A DNA stretch of 64,000 bases, taken from NCBI GenBank assembly GCA_015065165.1, contig SVQU01000006.1, forward strand, positions 10,081-74,080. Reading direction: 5' to 3'. Shown here one piece after another: positions 1 through 12,005 of this stretch (position 1 is the first letter of the stretch; every line of letters starts with the position of its first letter). The notes under the pieces are model-generated. The model was not told where the DNA came from. It did no database searches and worked only from the letters and a program-made list of their open reading frames with translations. Made by a program: the position numbers and the translations under genes. The DNA is from Oscillospiraceae bacterium (lineage in GTDB: Bacteria; Bacillota; Clostridia; Oscillospirales; CAG-382).

Positions 1-90
1 AACTGTTTCTAACCCGACTCTCAGCACCACGGGTTCTCTGTATAGGCATTTTTTGCCGTTATATCCGCATCAACGGTTTGATATTTATTT
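1..90 (-). promoter_or_regulatory. Probable 5' part (stem I) of a T-box riboswitch leader running off the window start
   Basis: Minus strand reads ...gttGATGCGGA...taCAGAGAacccgtGGTGCTGAGAgtcgggtta..., matching the GA motif, AG box and GNUG-loop order of T-box stem I; lies just downstream of a consensus promoter. Confidence 0.6.
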
Positions 91-96
91 ATTGTG

Positions 97-125
97 ATTA
101 TAACACTATATTTTAAAGTTGTCAA
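97..125 (-). promoter_or_regulatory. Sigma-A promoter TTGACA-17-TATAAT with extended -10
   Basis: Perfect consensus on the minus strand (tgtcaa 120-125, attata 97-102). Confidence 0.8.
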
Positions 126-134
126 GAGAAAATT

Positions 135-160
135 AAAGCCTCTGCCGAAGCAGAGGCTTT
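135..160 (-). terminator. Intrinsic terminator after groEL
   Basis: aaagcctctgc-cgaa-gcagaggcttt hairpin. Confidence 0.75.
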
Positions 161-207
161 TATAATTAAATTCTTGCGTTTTTAATCGAGAGCGTATCAG
201 CGCTGAA

Positions 208-2206
<1,999 letters not shown>

Positions 2207-2249
2207 TTATGAACAATTCAATTCCAAATTAAGAACAAATTGTAAATAG

Positions 2250-2276
2250 TTAGCAATCTTAAATGCAGAGTGCTAA
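2250..2276 (-). promoter_or_regulatory. CIRCE element (HrcA operator)
   Basis: TTAGCACTC-N9-GATTGCTAA on the minus strand (one mismatch to consensus) upstream of groES. Confidence 0.92.
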
Positions 2277-2410
2277 CATTTATCTTTTTAAATCACCATA
2301 ATAGTTCTCTCTTGGACGGTTTTAGTGCTAAATCGCCATATCTTTATAACAAAGCACTTTTTATATTATATAACAAATTTCCAATAATTTCAAGTGATTT
2401 ACAAAAAGGT

Positions 2411-3538
2411 TTAGTTCTTTCTCGGTTTGAAATACTGATACAGGTTACATTTTATCATACCGTTATAAAGAACACGTTTTTTATCGCTTCTTCTTCCGAA
2501 ATATCTTTCGAACATTTCGTCGGAAGTTATTATATATTTCTGCCAAAAGGGTATTTTTTCCTCAAACTGTTTACCCATTGCTTTATAAAGATCTCTTGCT
2601 TCGGAAAGCTCGCCAAGTCTTTCCCCATAGGGTGGGTTGGTAATTATCGTACCGCGGGCATCAATAACAGGCGAAACGAAATTACGGGCATCTGCCACAG
2701 AAAAAGAAACCGCCTTCTCTACCCCTGCTTTTTTTGCATTATCTCGGGCGAGATTTACCATTTCGCTATCGATATCCGAGCCAAAAATTTGTGTTAAGGG
2801 TTCGGTTATCTTACTCTTTGCTACTTCCCTTTCTGTTCTCCACATATCTTTGGGTAGGAAAGAAAAATCCTCTGCGGCAAACCCTCTGTTAATACCGGGG
2901 GCTATATTGCAAGCCATTTGGGCGGCTTCGATTGCTATTGTACCGCTACCGCACAAAGGGTCGCATATAATAACGTTATCTCTCATTCTTGAAAGCTTTA
3001 CCATTGCCGCCGCCAAGGTTTCACGCATCGGTGCAACACCTGCAAGGGCGCGGTAGCCACGTTTATGCAATCCCACACCTGTGGTATCTATCATTAGGGT
3101 AACATTATCGTTAAGAATAAAAAATTCGATTTGATATTTAACGCCGATTTCAGGAAAAATCTTTATATTATATTTTTCGGAAAGAGAGTTTACAACCGCT
3201 TTTTTTATAATCTTTTGGCAATCGGGGATTGAAAAGAGCTTTGAACGAATGGAATGACCCTTTACGGGAAAAGCATCATTTTTTCCGATATAATCCGACC
3301 AAGGCAAAGCTTTTGTGCCCTCGAATAGTGAATCGAAGCTATACGCCCTGAATTCACCGATTTTAATAAGCACTCTTTCTGCCGTACGCAAATTGATATT
3401 ACAAACGGCAACGGCTTCGGGAGGTGCTTCGAAGGTAACTCTGCCGTCGATTGTATTTATTCTTTTATATCCAAGAGAATCTATCTCTTCACCGAGCAGA
3501 CCTTCAAGCCCGAAAAGGCAGGTAGCAACTAATTGCAT
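2411..3538 (-). CDS. THUMP-domain SAM-dependent RNA methyltransferase (RlmL/YpsC-like)
   Basis: LHKRGYR, APMRETLAAA, DPLCGSGTI, NPPYGER motifs. Confidence 0.92.
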   Translation of the reverse strand: MQLVATCLFGLEGLLGEEIDSLGYKRINTIDGRVTFEAPPEAVAVCNINLRTAERVLIKIGEFRAYSFDSLFEGTKALPWSDYIGKNDAFPVKGHSIRSKLFSIPDCQKIIKKAVVNSLSEKYNIKIFPEIGVKYQIEFFILNDNVTLMIDTTGVGLHKRGYRALAGVAPMRETLAAAMVKLSRMRDNVIICDPLCGSGTIAIEAAQMACNIAPGINRGFAAEDFSFLPKDMWRTEREVAKSKITEPLTQIFGSDIDSEMVNLARDNAKKAGVEKAVSFSVADARNFVSPVIDARGTIITNPPYGERLGELSEARDLYKAMGKQFEEKIPFWQKYIITSDEMFERYFGRRSDKKRVLYNGMIKCNLYQYFKPRKN

Positions 3539-3652
3539 TACGTTTCTCGCTTTCTATAACAAATCCAAAATATAATAACACATATTTAATCTAATATCAA
3601 CCGTTTTAAACAAAAAACCGTCGCATTTAAAAAATGCAACGGTTTTAAATTA

Positions 3653-5704
3653 TTAATTGTACGTACCAAAATACTTACGTTTTATCAAGAGACAGTCGTT
3701 AGAGTCGATCTCGTTATTTCTGTTAACATCACCTAGGTTAGATTGGGTGGAATCAAAATTATAGGATGCGAAATAGAAACGTTTTAACAGCATATAGTCC
3801 AATGCGTCTACCTGACCGTTGGTATCAACATCGCCGTATTCATACTGAAGAACAGGAATCACCTCGGATTCCAAAACGACCTTACAGGTTACACAGCTTT
3901 TTGTCTGCAAGCCTGTTGCTGTCATTGTAGGTTCTTTTGTAACAACCCAGTTACCCTTGATATGTATACCTCTGTTAATAACCTGACCACATTCGCACTG
4001 TAACCAATGGAGTGCATCATTATGAAGCCAATTTCCGTTTGCTACGTGAGAGTGAGGTTCGGTTGTATCTCCTCCTCCACTGCTGCTTTCGTCGCCCGTA
4101 TATACACCAACCAAGAATTCTGAACAGAATACGAAGTTACCGCCTGAATTAAGCAATGACATTTTTACATATCTGGCTTTAACCGGTGTGGCGGCTACTA
4201 ACTTAAAATAAGATATATTATCGTAGGGTTTTAATTCCGGAGCGCCAATAAACTCGAAATTAACACCATCCACCGACGTATAGAGCTTTATATCCGTAGG
4301 GATACCTATACCATACATCTGGTAGTTATGGAAGTGCGCCATAAAGTGAGTAAGGTCGGTTCTTACCTCGCCCAAGTCGATAGTAGAACTCATACGACCT
4401 TCGCTATCTAAAAGAGAATTATGGTATGCGTGCCATTCGGTACCGTCAAGAGCTGTACCAAACTTTCCGTCGGTCAATTCCTTACCGTCGACCTCCTGAT
4501 ATGCCATACCGTTGCCATCCACATAGGATTCACATCCGGTATAGGATTTACCGTAGGAAACCCAATCTACATCCTCGGGAAGTTCGAAATCCTTTGCCAG
4601 ACCGTAGTCTAAATCATCTACTTTAAGCGTGCCCTTGGCATATTTATAGGTTAGATCATATACCGAGCGATACGCAGGATTTTGTGAATAGCAGGCGTTA
4701 TAGAACACCGCAGGCTTACCGTCCTGATAATAGAACTTAACCGAATTCATGGCACCGCTGTTTATGCCGCCCTCGAGATAGGTTAAATATCTGTAATAAT
4801 ACTCGGAGTTAGTAACGTTGCTACTAACCTCAATCTGCATACTCATGCCATATTTGTTGCACAACGTAGCGCAATCGTTAACGCGTTCATAATCGGGAGT
4901 AGACATCCAGAAAAGGTTGGGCTGTAAGCAAGCCAAATCGAAGCCATAGTTTTGCCATTTAGAATAGCCTTCTGCCTGATAATAAGGGATCCATATAAAT
5001 TTAAGTCCGAGAGAATGGAGATAGTTGGAAGCATAAGTGAGCATCGCGCTGTCATAGGAAGAATAAATAGTTTCCTCGAGCCAATAGAAGCCAACCATAT
5101 CGAGGTTTTCATATCCTGCTTCATTAAAAAGACGAATTTGTTCGTCTATTATCCATTTTATGGCATATTCTCTATCGCTTTTTCTGGATAAATTAAGGCT
5201 TCTACCACCCAATGTACCGAAGCTTCTTTGGGTGTAGGAGGGATAAAGAATAGAGAAGAACACACCTGCTTTTTTATCGGTGTTGCCTAAAGCTTGCTTG
5301 GCATTACCCATTGCGGTATCCAAAGCGTCTACGTTTTTGCCCTCATAGAATGTATCGTTAACGTAATCGATCCAGTCGGTTGCATAAGTAGGATTATTTG
5401 TACCGCCGTGTACAGTCGCGCCCGAGGGAGCAGTTGTATTACAAGGCAAGAACAGATAGCTATCGAAGAAGAAGTCTTTAATATTGCCGTTGATATCGTG
5501 ATATGCAACGTAGGGCATAAGGTCGGCAACCTCTTGACGTCCATATCCTTCAACCTCGGGACGGTAGGTATATGTTAAGCACACGTTTTCATAACCGTCG
5601 ATAACCGAAGGAGACGGCATAGCTGCACCGACTTTATAGGAAAATAACGACGCGGTAGATAACAGCATTATCACAACCAAAACTACTGACAAAATCTTTT
5701 TCAT
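3653..5704 (-). CDS. Secreted DUF4855-like (putative glycoside hydrolase) protein with discoidin/F5-8-like module and C-terminal dockerin
   Basis: Signal peptide; FFDSYLFL, GFYWLEE, WIPYY, QPN motifs; LTDGK...IDLGE module; two GDVDxNGxVDxxD-type dockerin repeats at the C-terminus. Confidence 0.75.
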   Translation of the reverse strand: MKKILSVVLVVIMLLSTASLFSYKVGAAMPSPSVIDGYENVCLTYTYRPEVEGYGRQEVADLMPYVAYHDINGNIKDFFFDSYLFLPCNTTAPSGATVHGGTNNPTYATDWIDYVNDTFYEGKNVDALDTAMGNAKQALGNTDKKAGVFFSILYPSYTQRSFGTLGGRSLNLSRKSDREYAIKWIIDEQIRLFNEAGYENLDMVGFYWLEETIYSSYDSAMLTYASNYLHSLGLKFIWIPYYQAEGYSKWQNYGFDLACLQPNLFWMSTPDYERVNDCATLCNKYGMSMQIEVSSNVTNSEYYYRYLTYLEGGINSGAMNSVKFYYQDGKPAVFYNACYSQNPAYRSVYDLTYKYAKGTLKVDDLDYGLAKDFELPEDVDWVSYGKSYTGCESYVDGNGMAYQEVDGKELTDGKFGTALDGTEWHAYHNSLLDSEGRMSSTIDLGEVRTDLTHFMAHFHNYQMYGIGIPTDIKLYTSVDGVNFEFIGAPELKPYDNISYFKLVAATPVKARYVKMSLLNSGGNFVFCSEFLVGVYTGDESSSGGGDTTEPHSHVANGNWLHNDALHWLQCECGQVINRGIHIKGNWVVTKEPTMTATGLQTKSCVTCKVVLESEVIPVLQYEYGDVDTNGQVDALDYMLLKRFYFASYNFDSTQSNLGDVNRNNEIDSNDCLLIKRKYFGTYN

Positions 5705-5809
5705 TTTATACCTCTTTAGATCAAAATTGTTGGCTTAAAATATATACATCTATCCCTATTTTTAGATATACGAAAGATATTTGCTGAAATAAGGGTATTA
5801 CAGAGAAAT

Positions 5810-6385
5810 CTATTGAAGAACTAAAAATTTCTCTATATAACCCGAAGCTATACCTAAAACAGCCGAAATTAAAATAAGATAGATGGGATTAACTTTTTTA
5901 AATGCAAGATAGACAACAAGTGCAAAAATCAACACCGATGCAAAAAATATAAAGCTTAACGCATCAAGGGAAAATCCGTTTGGCAAAAACACGTCTGCTC
6001 CGAGAGAAATAATCGCCGAAGCGATAAGACCTACAACAACAGGACGCAAACCCTTAAGGCAGTTTTTTACAACAAAGCTTTCTTTATATTTTGTATAAAA
6101 TTTGGCAACCAGAAGTATTATTGCAAAGGATGGCAAAACCACGCCCAACGTTGCAACAACAGCACCGAAAAAGCCTGCGGTTTCTATACCGATATAGGTT
6201 GCCATATTAATCGCAACAGGACCGGGTGTGGATTCTGCAACGGCGATAAAGTTAAGAAGCTCGGTTTCGCTCATCCAATTGTTAAGCAGAACCTCTTGCT
6301 GCATTAAAGGAAGCATTGCATAACCGCCGCCGAATGTGAAGGCACCTATTTTTAAGAAGGTGAGGAACAGTTTTAAATATATCAT
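5810..6385 (-). CDS. Short-chain chromate transporter (CHR family)
   Basis: FGGGYAM, ESTPGP motifs; hydrophobic. Confidence 0.92.
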   Translation of the reverse strand: MIYLKLFLTFLKIGAFTFGGGYAMLPLMQQEVLLNNWMSETELLNFIAVAESTPGPVAINMATYIGIETAGFFGAVVATLGVVLPSFAIILLVAKFYTKYKESFVVKNCLKGLRPVVVGLIASAIISLGADVFLPNGFSLDALSFIFFASVLIFALVVYLAFKKVNPIYLILISAVLGIASGYIEKFLVLQ

Positions 6386-6942
6386 TTCTTTCCTCCCCTG
6401 CCCTTAGCAATAAGCCCTGAAGCCAAGCCAATAAGCGCACCTCCGATTATTACGTAAAGAACATTTACCGAGGTAAGCAACACCAAGGCAAAAGCCACAA
6501 CCGCAAGAAGAAGCGAGAATAAATTTTTCGGACATTGCTTCGCCATACCCCACAGTGCCTTTACTATTAACGCAAGAACGCCTGCGCGGATACCGTTGAA
6601 TGCGAATTTAACAACCTCGATATGAATAACCGCCGCAAGGATTTTTGACAAAGCGGATATTATTATAAAAGAGGGTAAAACAGTGCCGAATGTAGCGGCA
6701 AACGCACCCCAAAAGCCCGCAACTCGAGTACCCACAAAGGTGGCGGTATTAATTGCGATAGGTCCGGGGGTGGATTCGGCAATAGCGACGATATCAAGCA
6801 TAACGGATTCGTCAATCCATTTGCGTTTTTCTGCAACTTCACGCTGTATTAAAGGCAGCATCGCATAGCCACCGCCGATTGTAAACGCTCCTATTTTAAA
6901 GAAAACGCCAAATAACTTTAAACAAATTTTAAATTTATGCAT
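6382..6942 (-). CDS. Short-chain chromate transporter (CHR family), partner subunit
   Basis: IGGGYAM, ESTPGP; overlaps its paralogue; start set at ATG 6942. Confidence 0.9.
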   Translation of the reverse strand: MHKFKICLKLFGVFFKIGAFTIGGGYAMLPLIQREVAEKRKWIDESVMLDIVAIAESTPGPIAINTATFVGTRVAGFWGAFAATFGTVLPSFIIISALSKILAAVIHIEVVKFAFNGIRAGVLALIVKALWGMAKQCPKNLFSLLLAVVAFALVLLTSVNVLYVIIGGALIGLASGLIAKGRGGKK

Positions 6943-7083
6943 AGCACTACTCAAACTCAACTAACAGTAACTTCTAAATTCGATATATCAAATGGCAAAA
7001 TGCAAATATACGATTCATTTTATCACATCTATTAAAAAAATGCAATAAAAAAAGCGACGAAAACGTCGCTTTTTTGTTAAATA

Positions 7084-8871
7084 TTAACCCAAATCGGGAG
7101 TATCGGTGAACTCGATTTCTGCCTTTTCGCAGCCGTGTACTTCAAATACAAGGATTTCGTTATTACCCTCTTTGAGGATAGGCGCAGGAATATAAAGAGT
7201 TTTCTGAGGACCTGCATCTGTGAAGTATCTGCCCACGTTGAAGCCGTTAACCTTTACAAAGCCCTTATGGAAATTATCAAGGCGGAGGAAGGTATCGCAG
7301 GGAGTGCCCTCGATATTTAGGTTACCGCGAAGGAAGGTGGGATTATTACCGCCCAATTCAACTTCTTTAGCAAATTTAAGACCTGCCAAATCGTCCATAG
7401 TGAGAGGATACATTGTCCAGCCGAACATCTGCTGTTGTCCGATACGAGCTCCGCGGATGATACCCTTTTCGTTATCCCACATTTGAACGCCATAGTTAAC
7501 ACGGCCCATATTTTCAACAAGAATATCGATTTTGCAAACATCGCCGCGTTTATTGGAAATAGTAATCTTATCGTTTCTTCTGCTACGCTCTTTAACGCCC
7601 GCATATTCGCCGTTGATGAATACAACTGCTCTATCGCGGAGAGGTTCAATAAACAATTCTCCTTCTACGGGATAATCAATAGAGGTTGAATAAAGAGTAT
7701 AGCCGAAATCCACACCTAATTCTTCCATAGATTTTGTAAAAGAAGATTTAATAGGATAGGATATATTATCAAGGTTGTTCATCAACCTTGCAGATTCTGT
7801 AAGCTGAATCTTGCCATAGGCCTTTTTGGGAGTGTCGCAAACAGTGAGCTCGGGAAGCTTACCGAAGTGCTTTTCGGCAACAGCGCGAACCTCGAAGAAA
7901 CGCTTGGTAAGGTCGCCTGCTTCGGTTAATGCCGCGTCGTAATCGTAGCTGGTAACGGTAGGTGCATAAACGTCGATGGGTTTTCCGTGCTCGTCAACCT
8001 CTGCCTCGATATTAGCGCCGTTATTGAAGCCAAAGTTTGTGCCGCCGCAGAACATATAAAAGTTTACACTACCGCCCGCTGAAAGCATATCATCCACAAG
8101 CTGTGCCACGTCATCGGGTTCACGACGATGGTGAATGTCGTACCAATGGTCGAACCAGCCTTCCCAGAATTCGGCACACATTGTGGGATTTCCGGGATAA
8201 TAATTTTTCATAAACTCGAAATAATTAAGGCCGTTAGAACCAAAATTACCCGTTGCGAGAAGTCCCTTTCTTGTACCGCCACCGAAGAAGAAATCACTGG
8301 GACCATCAGAAGTGAACAAAGGAACGTCTATGCCGCTTTTTTTGTAGTAATCAGCAAGAAAATCGATATATTCGTGGTCGTTACCGAAAGAGCCGTATTC
8401 GTTTTCAACCTGAACCATAATAACGTTACCGCCGTTGGTGATAAGGCGAGGACGGAGAATTTCGAAAACCTTATCGAGATAGCGGGTTTCTTTTTCGAGG
8501 AACTTTTCATCCATACAGCGGATACGCATATCGCGGTGTGTAAGGAGCCACGAAGGAAGTCCGCCGTAATCCCATTCCGCGCAGATATAAGGACCGGGTC
8601 TGATAATACAAAGCAAGCCTAATTCATTTGCGATATCAATGAATTTGCCAAGGTCGAGCATACCTGTGAAATCAAACTGACCTTCCTTACGCTCGTGAAG
8701 ATTCCAACAAATGTAGGTTTCAACGGTATTGAATCCGCATTGTTTTAATTTTTCCATTCTGTCGCGCCAATATTCGGGAACAACGCGAAAATAATGGATA
8801 GAGCCGGAGAGAATCTGTATAGGTTCTCCGTTTAGATAAAATTTTTCGTTTCCGTAGCTGAAAGTGCCCAT
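7084..8871 (-). CDS. Beta-galactosidase, glycoside hydrolase family 35
   Basis: SGSIHYFR, RPGPYICAEW, QVENEYG, EFWEGWF, GGTNFG, TSYDYDA. Confidence 0.96.
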   Translation of the reverse strand: MGTFSYGNEKFYLNGEPIQILSGSIHYFRVVPEYWRDRMEKLKQCGFNTVETYICWNLHERKEGQFDFTGMLDLGKFIDIANELGLLCIIRPGPYICAEWDYGGLPSWLLTHRDMRIRCMDEKFLEKETRYLDKVFEILRPRLITNGGNVIMVQVENEYGSFGNDHEYIDFLADYYKKSGIDVPLFTSDGPSDFFFGGGTRKGLLATGNFGSNGLNYFEFMKNYYPGNPTMCAEFWEGWFDHWYDIHHRREPDDVAQLVDDMLSAGGSVNFYMFCGGTNFGFNNGANIEAEVDEHGKPIDVYAPTVTSYDYDAALTEAGDLTKRFFEVRAVAEKHFGKLPELTVCDTPKKAYGKIQLTESARLMNNLDNISYPIKSSFTKSMEELGVDFGYTLYSTSIDYPVEGELFIEPLRDRAVVFINGEYAGVKERSRRNDKITISNKRGDVCKIDILVENMGRVNYGVQMWDNEKGIIRGARIGQQQMFGWTMYPLTMDDLAGLKFAKEVELGGNNPTFLRGNLNIEGTPCDTFLRLDNFHKGFVKVNGFNVGRYFTDAGPQKTLYIPAPILKEGNNEILVFEVHGCEKAEIEFTDTPDLG

Positions 8872-8886
8872 AAACGACCTCCGATT

Positions 8887-9459
8887 TTAATTATTTATGA
8901 TATGATTACTTTTTTCGTTTATATTATAGTGTTCTATATAACGTTCCTCGGCAGGAATCCAAACCGACAGATATTTTTCAAGTGCGTCCTTACCGTTGCG
9001 CTTTAAAATTCTTTCTTGTTGGATGATTTTATCCACATTGAAAAACAACTTTAAGGTTGCATAATCACCCAATTTAGGGTTATGTGAATATGCTCCCTCG
9101 ACGATATAGCAATTGGATTTTGGATATTTATTTCTATGAGATATGCAACCCTTTGAGCAATCGAATATGCCGATTTCGAAGCCTTTGCGGGACTTTATTC
9201 CACACACTGCTTCTTTATAAAAACGTTCTATATCGAAATTACCGTCAAATTGAGAAATAGCAAGATTTCCCTTTTCGTCCCTTGGGCGGCAGAAATCGTC
9301 GGTATGGATAACCGAAACGCCCGTTATTTGGGATATTTCCTTAGCAAAGGTAGTTTTTCCCGATGCGGAACGACCGTCGATTGCTATTACTATCGGGTTT
9401 GCCTCTGTAGCATTCTCAATTAAATCCAACACAAGGGAAACCGCGTCTTTATATGTCAT
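8887..9459 (-). CDS. Uridine-kinase-like P-loop protein
   Basis: IAIDGRSASGKTT, HTDDF, IVEGAYS. Confidence 0.8.
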   Translation of the reverse strand: MTYKDAVSLVLDLIENATEANPIVIAIDGRSASGKTTFAKEISQITGVSVIHTDDFCRPRDEKGNLAISQFDGNFDIERFYKEAVCGIKSRKGFEIGIFDCSKGCISHRNKYPKSNCYIVEGAYSHNPKLGDYATLKLFFNVDKIIQQERILKRNGKDALEKYLSVWIPAEERYIEHYNINEKSNHIINN

Positions 9460-10313
9460 TTTAAATTACCTTTTTCGGCAACTATACGTTTTATATTCTC
9501 CAAAACGCTATAGGGGATTTGCATATTTCCCTGCCCTATGCCGATTTCTATATGGGGCTTCATTTTTGCGTGATAATCTGTACCGCCGCAAATCTCCAGA
9601 CCTAAATCAACGGCAAGATTTTGGAAATAATCCTGCATTTCGGGAGTATATTCGTTATAATAACCCTCTATACCGCAAAGACCGCAACCCTTTAATTGAA
9701 GAAGAAAATCTCTTAATTTAGTATCATCAAGCCTTATAAGGTGAGGATGCGCCACAAAGCTTACACCGCCAAGGTCATTTATAAGCTTTACTGCATCGGC
9801 GGCTGTAAGATACTGTGTGCCGTCATAAGCAGGTCTGCCGTTGGCGAGATATTTATCAAAGCCTTCTTTGACGCTTTGGGTATATCCCTTTTCGGCGAGT
9901 ATTCTTGCGAAATGCGCTCTGCCGATTATACCCGAAGGGGCAATAGCCAGTGCCTCCTCCATAGTAACGTCAAAGCCAAGCTCGCGAAGTTTGTTGCAGG
10001 TATTTACGGTACGCTGATAGCGAACCGAATTGATTTGTTCTAAAGCGTCTTTAATCAACTGACTTTTATGGTCGATATAAAAACCGAGGATGTGTGTTTC
10101 GGTTTCGGATTGAACCGAAAACTCTATTGCAGGGACAACCTCTACGCCAAAGCGTTTTCCCGCCTCCATAGCCTCGTCAATACCCGCGATAGTATCGTGG
10201 TCAGACAGGGCGATTGCCGTTAATCCCCTCTCGGCGGCATGGGCGACAAGCTCGGAGGGTGTCATCGAGCCGTCGGAACAGTTTGAATGGGTGTGAAGGT
10301 CGATTAGCTTCAT
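9456..10313 (-). CDS. PHP-domain metallophosphoesterase
   Basis: DLHTHS, SDHDT, HILG, AHP, GGTDYH. Confidence 0.93.
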   Translation of the reverse strand: MKLIDLHTHSNCSDGSMTPSELVAHAAERGLTAIALSDHDTIAGIDEAMEAGKRFGVEVVPAIEFSVQSETETHILGFYIDHKSQLIKDALEQINSVRYQRTVNTCNKLRELGFDVTMEEALAIAPSGIIGRAHFARILAEKGYTQSVKEGFDKYLANGRPAYDGTQYLTAADAVKLINDLGGVSFVAHPHLIRLDDTKLRDFLLQLKGCGLCGIEGYYNEYTPEMQDYFQNLAVDLGLEICGGTDYHAKMKPHIEIGIGQGNMQIPYSVLENIKRIVAEKGNLK

Positions 10314-10519
10314 TATTCCTCGTCCTTTCTGACGTAAATACCCTTAAGACGCATAAAGTGGTTTGTCAAGCGTATTTCTTTTTCTTCATCGCAGGAATCG
10401 AAATAATGGCTATAACCCACTGTGTCCTTATAAACCGCGCGAGTTTCTGTGCGGTCGGACCACCGAATTATAACCTTATCACCCGAATCTAAAACAACTT
10501 CACCAACAAGATAGCTCAT
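10313..10519 (-). CDS. Small hypothetical protein, translationally coupled to the PHP gene
   Basis: Fills the operon gap; TAATG stop/start overlap. Confidence 0.55.
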   Translation of the reverse strand: MSYLVGEVVLDSGDKVIIRWSDRTETRAVYKDTVGYSHYFDSCDEEKEIRLTNHFMRLKGIYVRKDEE

Positions 10520-10542
10520 TAAATATCACCGTATTTTTCAAA

Positions 10543-11994
10543 TTAAATGTTAATCTTCGCCCATTTTCCACTTGAAAAGCGCCACGCGGAGAAAGCCAGG
10601 CGGAGATATTGGTCAATAAGTAGGCTTATCCAGGCGCCATAGATACCTATACCTGTAATGAAAGGTATAATTCCGTTAGGGTTGCACAACAAAAATGCAA
10701 CCAGCGGGCGGAATATGCCGATGGAAATCGCAGAGGTAACGGCAACGAATTTTGTATCCCCAGCACCGCGCAGTGCGCCGTTATAAATCACCTGAGAAAT
10801 CTGACCGGGCGAAACGATTGCAATAATATAAGTTAAATTTCTGCCCACGTCCATAACGTAGGAATAATTAACGTCATCGGGGTTTGCAAACAGCTCTAAA
10901 ACAAAGCCGCCGCAGAAAGTGAACAACAGCATTAGGACTGCGGAAACCAAAAGTCCCACACGCTGACCCGCCTTTGCGTACAACGCCGCAAGGTCCTCGC
11001 GCTGTTTGCCGAGATTTTGACCTATCAGCGCACTTGCGGCAACACTTAAGCCATCGCCGCCCGCAAAGGAAAGAGTGATAATGCTCATACAGATAGTATG
11101 GGTAGCAAATTCGGCTGTGCCAAGGTTTGCAACAATAATCGAATAGAGTAAGAATCCGACACGCATAAATATCTGCTCGGTACCTGCCCCAAGAGCAACC
11201 TTGCCGATAGTTTTGAGCAAAGGAAGCTTCCATTTGAGCATACCAACAAAGCTGAAACTTAAGAACTTTCCTTTTGCAAAAAGTGAGCTTAAGCTCATTA
11301 CAAAGGATGCAATATTACCGATAAGCGTTGCGATCGCCGCGCCCTTAACGCCAAGCTCGGGAAAAATCGTTACGCCTCCGAGAACAACGCCGTTTATAAG
11401 CAAGGCGTTGAAAACAACGTTAGTTACGTTTGCAACCACGTTGGTTCGCATTGATATTTTTGTATTACCGCTACCCCTTTGAGCGCCGTTGATTATCATA
11501 CCGAAGGAGGTAAAGATAAGACCGACCATTGTTATTTGGAAATAAACGGTAGCGTCGGCAAGAGTTTCGTCGTTTGCGCCGGACAGCTTAATAAGGAAAT
11601 CTGCATTTAAAACCGCAAAACCGCAAAGAACAACCGCAAGCACGGCAACAAGACCGAGAGATTGCATTAAACAAGCGTTTGCGCCTTCTTTATCCTCCTG
11701 CCCCTTTCGGCGTGATACTATGGCTGTAACCGCAATATTAAGGGCAAAAAACACCGAATAGAAAATCATACGAGGCTGAGTTGTAAGACCAACGGCAGAA
11801 ACCGCCGCAGTGCCGCAGCTCGAAACCATCATAGTATCCACCATATTAACGAGGCTCATAAGCATTGACTCTATCATCGCGGGCCAAGCCATCTTTAAAA
11901 AGCCTTTGTACAGCGACGAGGTGTTAGGAATTTCACCCTTTATATTAAGTTTTCGAGACATACCCTCAGAGGAATAAATTTTTTGTAAAAACAT
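10543..11994 (-). CDS. MATE family efflux transporter
   Basis: VDTMMV, RGSGNTK, LGVKGAAIAT, LRGAGDT; many TM segments. Confidence 0.93.
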   Translation of the reverse strand: MFLQKIYSSEGMSRKLNIKGEIPNTSSLYKGFLKMAWPAMIESMLMSLVNMVDTMMVSSCGTAAVSAVGLTTQPRMIFYSVFFALNIAVTAIVSRRKGQEDKEGANACLMQSLGLVAVLAVVLCGFAVLNADFLIKLSGANDETLADATVYFQITMVGLIFTSFGMIINGAQRGSGNTKISMRTNVVANVTNVVFNALLINGVVLGGVTIFPELGVKGAAIATLIGNIASFVMSLSSLFAKGKFLSFSFVGMLKWKLPLLKTIGKVALGAGTEQIFMRVGFLLYSIIVANLGTAEFATHTICMSIITLSFAGGDGLSVAASALIGQNLGKQREDLAALYAKAGQRVGLLVSAVLMLLFTFCGGFVLELFANPDDVNYSYVMDVGRNLTYIIAIVSPGQISQVIYNGALRGAGDTKFVAVTSAISIGIFRPLVAFLLCNPNGIIPFITGIGIYGAWISLLIDQYLRLAFSAWRFSSGKWAKINI

Positions 11995-12005
11995 AAAAAT
12001 CGGTA

